From positions 1 to 60,181 of IMG/VR virus record IMGVR_UViG_3300025889_000126: a DNA stretch of 60,181 nt. One strand, 5' to 3'. The first letter of the stretch is position 1. Each line of letters begins with the position of its first letter. Origin of the DNA: a virus (taxonomy: Duplodnaviria > Caudoviricetes). The notes under the pieces were generated by a model. It was not told the DNA's origin and searched no databases. It saw only the letters and a program-made list of their open reading frames with translations. Shown here piece by piece: positions 54,636 to 60,181 of the stretch. The translations under genes and the position numbers were made by a program.

Positions 54636-55768
54636 TATCCTACCTTGTTAACTGTCAATATTACTGATGGTATAGCAGGGATTCCAACTATAGGAGCTGC
54701 ATCATAATGCAATTCTCCATTCATATTATTTGCATACCATCCTATTTGACAAAAAGATGATATTGTTTGAATGTCTACAAAGAAATTCCATGCAGCGACA
54801 GATAAATCCCCATTATTTTGAAGGGTTACTGCTGTTGTTGAGTTCGGAATTTCAAGACCATCTTTTACAAAGTAAATCCAAAATAAAGTTGCTCCTGCTC
54901 CACCTGTTTTTCTCAATTGCGCTGAGAATTGGATATTATAAATACCTGGGCTATTAAACGTTATTATAGTAGGATCTCCTAATCCGTCATTTATAATTGA
55001 TACCCCAAAAGATAAATCAGTAGAGTTAAACTTCATTAGTTCTTTGGTAAGTCCAAGTGTAGTTTGCGTTGTTGTATCATAAAACGATCCATATTCAGAT
55101 ATTAAATATCCTGGACTTGTCCATGTTGCTGGGAGTCCTGCCCCTTGACTTACAAGAACATCACCTAAGCTTCCAACACCCCCATTTGTTTTAAGCGCTT
55201 GACTTAGTTCTATCTCTTGACTACCATCATCAATATATATATAAGTTCCGTTAAATGCTGTATTATAATCACCAATATAGTAACTACTACTTGCAAAATC
55301 AATCAATAATCCTGATGCTGTAAATCCATTGTTTCCTATTACGAAGAAGTCACCAGAGAAGCATTGAATGCCTTGCATTATAACATCGTCTGTAGTTACC
55401 TCTAAGCTTTTAGATGTAAGCTTGTGAGTTCCTAAATCCACATCACCTATAGCTCCAGTATAAGGTACATAGGTTGTGGCTGCTGTGGCTACAGGCAAGT
55501 AAGAAGTATTATCAACTGAACCGTCAGCCATAAGAAATTCAGTACCTAACCCACCTACTTTTATAAATGCTGCGGCTGTAATGTCATTAACTCCTAAATC
55601 AACATTATACAATGCTCCTGTGTATGGAACATATGCAGTTGATCCAGGGAGTGATAATAAACTTCCTATGGTGAAATTCTTAGTGCTGTTCATGTCATTG
55701 ACATCGGTGCCAATGAGCATATCACCAAGAGCCGGTGACGTAGTAGAGTATGTACTTATCTTTGCCAT
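54635..55768 (-). CDS. tail fibre / virion-associated protein
   Basis: Repeated YVPYTGA..VDLG, FLMADGS, C-terminal GIYNIQFSAQ...PSVILTV beta-sandwich. Confidence 0.65.
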   Translation of the reverse strand: MAKISTYSTTSPALGDMLIGTDVNDMNSTKNFTIGSLLSLPGSTAYVPYTGALYNVDLGVNDITAAAFIKVGGLGTEFLMADGSVDNTSYLPVATAATTYVPYTGAIGDVDLGTHKLTSKSLEVTTDDVIMQGIQCFSGDFFVIGNNGFTASGLLIDFASSSYYIGDYNTAFNGTYIYIDDGSQEIELSQALKTNGGVGSLGDVLVSQGAGLPATWTSPGYLISEYGSFYDTTTQTTLGLTKELMKFNSTDLSFGVSIINDGLGDPTIITFNSPGIYNIQFSAQLRKTGGAGATLFWIYFVKDGLEIPNSTTAVTLQNNGDLSVAAWNFFVDIQTISSFCQIGWYANNMNGELHYDAAPIVGIPAIPSVILTVNKVG

Positions 55769-55771
55769 TAT

Positions 55772-56005
55772 TTATGTTTTTTTAGTAACCTCCCCTGTTT
55801 GTAAATTTATAACAGAGTCTTGTCCATATTTTATAATTAACATTTTTTCATAATCAGAGAACTCTTGACGCATAGCATTTATTTGGCCTAGGATTCCTTG
55901 CTTATTTAATTCTAATTCTCCTAATGCCATCTTTGCTTTAGCAAATTCCGAATTCATTGCTTGAATTTTATCAAGCTCTTCTTGTAAAACGTAATTCTTT
56001 TCCAT
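55772..56005 (-). CDS. small coiled-coil protein
   Basis: KYG...INLQTGE C-terminal motif. Confidence 0.7.
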   Translation of the reverse strand: MEKNYVLQEELDKIQAMNSEFAKAKMALGELELNKQGILGQINAMRQEFSDYEKMLIIKYGQDSVINLQTGEVTKKT

Positions 56006-56010
56006 TTGAT

Positions 56011-56469
56011 TTAATTTGAATTTCTTTTAATTGAACTGCCAAAATAATAACCGAATATTGAAATTACAATACCCTCTGTGATCCCGATAAGATGAATCCA
56101 TACCTCTTTGTTATCATCTGGTATTGTAAGATAAACTATTGCATAAATCATAAAACAAAATGACGCTAACCCTACCACGCCTGTAAGATAGAATAAAATA
56201 TCAAATTTATGAATTTTTGCTATTTCTATCTCTCTATTTCTTGCTGATTCTCTATCTTTAACCATCAGCTCTTCCATTTGCAATAATTCTTTTGATAGCA
56301 TTTCTTTATCTTCTGGGCTTAAATCATCAGATAAATTTATGAGATTCTTTACAATCCCTAAAGTACCATTACTTGGAAGTACATCTCCTATAGTTTGAAG
56401 TATTTTTGGAGCTTTTTCTGCAAGAAATTTCCCTACTTTTGTATCTCTAAATTTTTTTCTTGGTTTCAT
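56011..56469 (-). CDS. holin-like membrane protein
   Basis: DRESARNRE followed by two TM helices and YYFGSS; start MKPRKK at 56469. Confidence 0.6.
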   Translation of the reverse strand: MKPRKKFRDTKVGKFLAEKAPKILQTIGDVLPSNGTLGIVKNLINLSDDLSPEDKEMLSKELLQMEELMVKDRESARNREIEIAKIHKFDILFYLTGVVGLASFCFMIYAIVYLTIPDDNKEVWIHLIGITEGIVISIFGYYFGSSIKRNSN

Positions 56470-56470
56470 T

Positions 56471-56782
56471 TTAGTGTGCTTTTTCCATTCTTTCAACAAG
56501 ATTGAGAAGTTTTTTCATCATTGAAGTGTTATTCTCAATTACATGGTTATTTGACGCTACTGTTTCTAAAAGTTTTGATCTATCTTCAGATAAGTATTCT
56601 TCAAGTTTTTTCTCAAGTTCTTGTATCCTGTTCTCATTTTTCTTATGCCATACAAAAAATTGTTTCCCCATAAAGTAAATCAAGGCAATCATTAGAATGG
56701 CAAAAATGCCAAGTACCCCATAATTTGCTAAAGTATTTAAGTATGATGGGATTGTTTCAGATTGAAGAAAAAGTACGTTCAT
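56471..56782 (-). CDS. holin-like (single TM + coiled coil) protein
   Basis: YGVLGIFAILM TM segment then coiled coil; near the endolysin. Confidence 0.55.
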   Translation of the reverse strand: MNVLFLQSETIPSYLNTLANYGVLGIFAILMIALIYFMGKQFFVWHKKNENRIQELEKKLEEYLSEDRSKLLETVASNNHVIENNTSMMKKLLNLVERMEKAH

Positions 56783-56787
56783 GGTTC

Positions 56788-56979
56788 TTATATTTTATAT
56801 TCAATAATGGGGAGATATTTTACCCACCAACAATCAATATTGGTATTCTCATATATCTGATGCAAAGGTAATACCCATTGTCCATTTGATTCTAATATTG
56901 GTGTAAATTTTTTATACTCATCATAACATTTATTTGATAGGTAGTTTTTTTCATCCTCATCAAGTACCCCAACAAGCAT
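56788..56979 (-). CDS. hypothetical protein, paralog of 57612-57830
   Basis: VG.L.E..K..L....YDE...F.PI......W....WVK.LP.IEY shared. Confidence 0.65.
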   Translation of the reverse strand: MLVGVLDEDEKNYLSNKCYDEYKKFTPILESNGQWVLPLHQIYENTNIDCWWVKYLPIIEYKI

Positions 56980-56980
56980 C

Positions 56981-57607
56981 TCATAGTTCTATTAGTGTAA
57001 AGTTTATTTTTTGATTTGGTTTAAATATTTTGATAGCTTCGAACCATCTTGAATCAGGAACAACCATACAACCTGCTGACCATTGGTCTACAATTGAACC
57101 TAAACCTCCCCTATGGAAGTTGATACCATACCAACCTTTGGTCTTAATTGTCTTATCAATAGTGGCGTTTTTATTCCCATCTCGGTATATTTCAACCGCT
57201 CCTGTTTGCATAAAGTAAGGCGCACCAAGCCAAAGAGATTTCCAATTTGCAGAAGTTGTAAAGGTATGAGATCCTATAACCTGCTGTTCAGCTGCAACCG
57301 CTGTGCCTGTAATACCTCCAACAGTAACAGGATTCTGAATCCAATAATTGCCAGCTTTAGTGCTGCAAGGCATAACCATGTCAGCTATTCTATCATTGAA
57401 TCGAATAACATAATCTGAATACTTATTATCAAATGTTTGCGACATTCTAATCCACACAAAGTCGTTAACAGGCTTCACCCACCCTCTGTCGTTACATTCA
57501 GCATCGATAAGCTGTTTAGTTGCTGCTAAACTAAGCGGACCAATTATGCCATCGATAGCACCTGAGTAATAGCCTTTGTCTTTGAGTATCTGTTGAAATG
57601 CTTTCAT
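56981..57607 (-). CDS. putative endolysin: peptidoglycan-binding domain + L,D-transpeptidase-like (YkuD) domain
   Basis: GYYSGAIDGIIGP (PG_binding_1-like); GINFHRG...WSAGCMV (His/Cys motif); start MKAFQQ at 57607. Confidence 0.7.
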   Translation of the reverse strand: MKAFQQILKDKGYYSGAIDGIIGPLSLAATKQLIDAECNDRGWVKPVNDFVWIRMSQTFDNKYSDYVIRFNDRIADMVMPCSTKAGNYWIQNPVTVGGITGTAVAAEQQVIGSHTFTTSANWKSLWLGAPYFMQTGAVEIYRDGNKNATIDKTIKTKGWYGINFHRGGLGSIVDQWSAGCMVVPDSRWFEAIKIFKPNQKINFTLIEL

Positions 57608-57611
57608 TCTT

Positions 57612-57830
57612 TTAGTAAGGTAATGGTGGCGCAGGTTTAGGTACATATTCTATCAAAGGTAAATCTTTTACCCACATAAATTCAGGATTCACACAAAAAT
57701 CCATTTCTTCTGTGCTGATTATCCAGTTTTCCTCCAAGTCTTGGATAGGGTTAAAATAGCTGTCTTCATCGTAAAGCTGACCTATTAAGCTATCTTTTTG
57801 CGATTCTGTTAAAAGTCCTACGTATGTCAT
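57612..57830 (-). CDS. hypothetical protein (possible adhesin chaperone)
   Basis: Follows the lectin-like gene; FNPIQD...WII motif. Confidence 0.65.
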   Translation of the reverse strand: MTYVGLLTESQKDSLIGQLYDEDSYFNPIQDLEENWIISTEEMDFCVNPEFMWVKDLPLIEYVPKPAPPLPY

Positions 57831-58627
57831 ACTTGTCTGCTTAAAGTTGTTTGAAAATTCTGTACGGCTGTGTAAAAATCTGCTGCTTCTGTATCTGTTA
57901 GACCGTCTCCGATTGTGGCGAAAGCAAATTGTTTGTTAGAATAAAGACCTGAATTAGGGCCTCCTGAATTTATAGTTGAAATATATGCATTTGCATTAGG
58001 TCTTACAGTTGCTGAATTAGTTGCACTTATAGCAATTGCATTATTTTTATATCCTTTATTACTTGTTCCAATTCTATTAGCAACATACATACCTAATGAA
58101 TTAGGGTCTGCATTTTGAATTGCAAAATTACTTGAATTTACGCCATAATATGTATTATTTGATTGGTCTAATCTTCTAATAGATAATATTAAATAATTAG
58201 AGCCTGATTGACATCCTAAATCAGCATCAACTTGACTTTGATTTAATCTTGAATAAACTGAAATATGTCCATTATCATTTACTGAATATCCTGTGTTTGG
58301 GTTAAACCTAGTATCAGCATAACCATTTGTGCCATTTCCTTGTATGCCATTTGCATCGTGTGTCCATCCACCAAAAAACACTAAACGATATGCTGCATCT
58401 GAATCTTGAGGGTCTTTCAAATTCCACTTATGAGTACTTGCAGTACCACCAACAAACGGGTAAACCGCTTTCATCTTAGTCCAAATACTTGCAGCTTTAA
58501 GGTTTATTACTAAGTTATTGATAGCACTTTGTTGAGTAGGGTCTGTTATGCCTGCTGCTGTAATGAATGCCTGCGCATCAGGGTCTAAAGCTGGGGCACT
58601 TGATTTTGCTTTAATATAGACTCCCAT
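57827..58627 (-). CDS. putative adhesin / lectin-like virion protein
   Basis: DPDAQAFITAAGITD...IWTKMKAVYPFVGG...GNGTNGYADT; start MGVYIKA at 58627. Confidence 0.6.
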   Translation of the reverse strand: MGVYIKAKSSAPALDPDAQAFITAAGITDPTQQSAINNLVINLKAASIWTKMKAVYPFVGGTASTHKWNLKDPQDSDAAYRLVFFGGWTHDANGIQGNGTNGYADTRFNPNTGYSVNDNGHISVYSRLNQSQVDADLGCQSGSNYLILSIRRLDQSNNTYYGVNSSNFAIQNADPNSLGMYVANRIGTSNKGYKNNAIAISATNSATVRPNANAYISTINSGGPNSGLYSNKQFAFATIGDGLTDTEAADFYTAVQNFQTTLSRQV

Positions 58628-58629
58628 TA

Positions 58630-58866
58630 TTAAACAGCATATTGAGCTAACCAAATATTTACCATATCTGGAATGTCGGCATCATCCCATGTGTCTACGT
58701 ATGGCATATCCTCAGCACGTACTCCAAAAGAAGCCGTATCAGTTGTTAAAAGTACATCAACTCCTAACAGCTTGTCAATAGCTTTGTCCGAAATGGTGTT
58801 TAGGTTAATTTCTACTATAGGGTCAGTAATTTCGACTTGAAATTGTGGAAACTTATAAGTTGGCAT
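58630..58866 (-). CDS. hypothetical protein
   Basis: In the adhesin cassette. Confidence 0.7.
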   Translation of the reverse strand: MPTYKFPQFQVEITDPIVEINLNTISDKAIDKLLGVDVLLTTDTASFGVRAEDMPYVDTWDDADIPDMVNIWLAQYAV

Positions 58867-58883
58867 TTTATTATTTTTTTATG

Positions 58884-59510
58884 TTATGAAAGTGTTGTGC
58901 CTGTTACTGTGAATGTGCGACAAGGCATCGCTCTGTATGATGTAGATGTATTTGTTTTTATTCTTGTGTTTGTATGTCCATTCCAAGCATTTCTAAAAAT
59001 AAGTGCGTTACTTGTTGTAGCAGGGTCTGTTGTTGCAGACCAAAAACTTACGCCACTTAAACTCTGATTTATTGGTGTATAATCATATGGCAAAATTGTA
59101 GAATAATTTATTATAGACATTAACTCTTGCATATTCGGTAATCTCCAACCACTTGTAAATGTTCCTATACTAAAAAGTAAAGAATTATCAATTGCATCAT
59201 TCCATGAAATATCGGTGTAAGTACCTCTTATTCTATACCAACCCAAAACCGTACTACCATTAAAAGTCGACCAATCAATAACTATATCATTTGCATAAAC
59301 TTGACCGCCTAATTCATCCGTAAATCTGTCAGTTGTGCCAAATACATTATTTTCAGCAAGTGTAAAAAAATCAACATTTCTACCCTCTTGTAAATCTCCA
59401 TCGTCACCCGTACGATAAGACGTTGTCTGTCCTGTTTTCATTAGTGTTGCAGTGCTTATGCTTGAGCCACCTCCACCTGATGCTGTTGCTTTTATATATG
59501 TAGTATTCAT
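58884..59510 (-). CDS. DUF1566 / C-type-lectin-like domain protein
   Basis: KTGQT.SY..GDDG.LQ.G, SWNDA, GWRLPNMQELMSI, FWSATT. Confidence 0.75.
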   Translation of the reverse strand: MNTTYIKATASGGGGSSISTATLMKTGQTTSYRTGDDGDLQEGRNVDFFTLAENNVFGTTDRFTDELGGQVYANDIVIDWSTFNGSTVLGWYRIRGTYTDISWNDAIDNSLLFSIGTFTSGWRLPNMQELMSIINYSTILPYDYTPINQSLSGVSFWSATTDPATTSNALIFRNAWNGHTNTRIKTNTSTSYRAMPCRTFTVTGTTLS

Positions 59511-59512
59511 AA

Positions 59513-59875
59513 CTATGCTTTTGTTATATTAAGATTTACAACCGCTGCTGTATCAACAGTAACAGTTATTTTGCTACCTACTAAAATTGTATTTGTCAAA
59601 GTATAAGGTACACCATCATCATCAATAGTTGTAACAGGTGTATTTAAAATATTAGTTACACTATTTATTTTCAAGTCGTACGGTGCATAAAAATCAACTG
59701 TCAATGCATCAACAAGCTCAACTGTATAAAGGAACTCAGTTGCTAACTCGTCAATAGCACTTTGAACATTTGTAGCTGTTAACCCTGAAACAGTATTATT
59801 ATAGGGTATCATTGAAGCTGATGGCGCTCCTCCTCCTGATATAGACATAGTTGTTGTTGTTAATGTTGTTGTCAT
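59513..59875 (-). CDS. virion-associated protein
   Basis: SGLTATNVQSAIDEL motif typical of tail-fibre proteins. Confidence 0.55.
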   Translation of the reverse strand: MTTTLTTTTMSISGGGAPSASMIPYNNTVSGLTATNVQSAIDELATEFLYTVELVDALTVDFYAPYDLKINSVTNILNTPVTTIDDDGVPYTLTNTILVGSKITVTVDTAAVVNLNITKA

Positions 59876-59886
59876 TTTGTTATATT

Positions 59887-60181
59887 TTACCAAAGAGCCA
59901 ATATATCAGTTGCTGATGTTGAATCCGCACCATAAGTGTCCCAAAGCTTTAATACTTGTATTGGCATAAATCCATAAGCATTTTTAAATGTAACGATATC
60001 ATTTCCTGCTGTTGTAACTACAATATCACCTGCCACACCAACATACAGAATAGCTCCTGTATTCTGACCACCTGCCATTGGGCTTGATTGGTAAATAACA
60101 TAGGTATTAGCAGCTAAAAATATGTCAGCATTAAGCTTTACTCTATCTGTTGCACCTGTAACTGCTGCTTCTGTAACCGTA
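59887..60181 (-). CDS. virion structural protein, C-terminal part (junction-spanning gene, ~165 aa in total)
   Basis: ...LYVGVAGDIVVTTAGNDIVTFKNAYGFMPIQVLKLW...DILALW, a C-terminal pattern common in phage structural proteins. Confidence 0.75.
   Translation of the reverse strand, partial: TVTEAAVTGATDRVKLNADIFLAANTYVIYQSSPMAGGQNTGAILYVGVAGDIVVTTAGNDIVTFKNAYGFMPIQVLKLWDTYGADSTSATDILALW
60056..60181. repeat. terminal overlap (circular assembly), copy 2
   Basis: Identical to 6-131. Confidence 0.95.

Noticed and set aside
58884-59510. Complete diversity-generating retroelement
   Set aside because: No reverse transcriptase ORF and no template repeat seen
1-60181. Stop-codon reassignment, introns or inteins
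   Set aside because: Core genes (terminase, portal, capsid, primase) are uninterrupted under the standard code and coding density is high

Overview
This window looks like a complete, circularly assembled ~60.05-kb tailed-phage genome: positions 6-131 repeat at 60056-60181, and one gene runs across the junction. The host is very likely a Bacteroidota. TAnnTTTG (-7 box) promoters precede many operons, leaders are AT-rich with no Shine-Dalgarno, and the primase is of the BT4734/VirE-N type. The layout has four parts: (i) minus-strand small basic proteins plus a chaperonin block (GroEL, MazG-like, catalytic-domain-only class II aaRS paralog, SleB-like hydrolase, GroES); (ii) a ~1.3-kb non-coding divergent region with operator-like repeats and a densely structured ~460-nt candidate ncRNA ending in a tRNA-like element; (iii) a plus-strand early/replication arm (Sak-like SSAP, RecE-like nuclease, SSB, primase-helicase, C5 methyltransferase, SF2 helicase, VRR-NUC), with no recognisable DNA polymerase or integrase; (iv) a minus-strand podovirus-type structural arm (terminase, portal, scaffold, major capsid, ring/muzzle-like proteins, large internal virion proteins up to 2985 aa), followed by lysis and adhesin genes. 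The most notable unexplained items are the candidate large ncRNA with its tRNA-like 3' element, three intergenic H-type pseudoknots in the early operon, the anticodon-domain-less aaRS paralog, and a duplicated iteron-like element. All family assignments come from motif recognition by eye; no database searches or folding programs were run.
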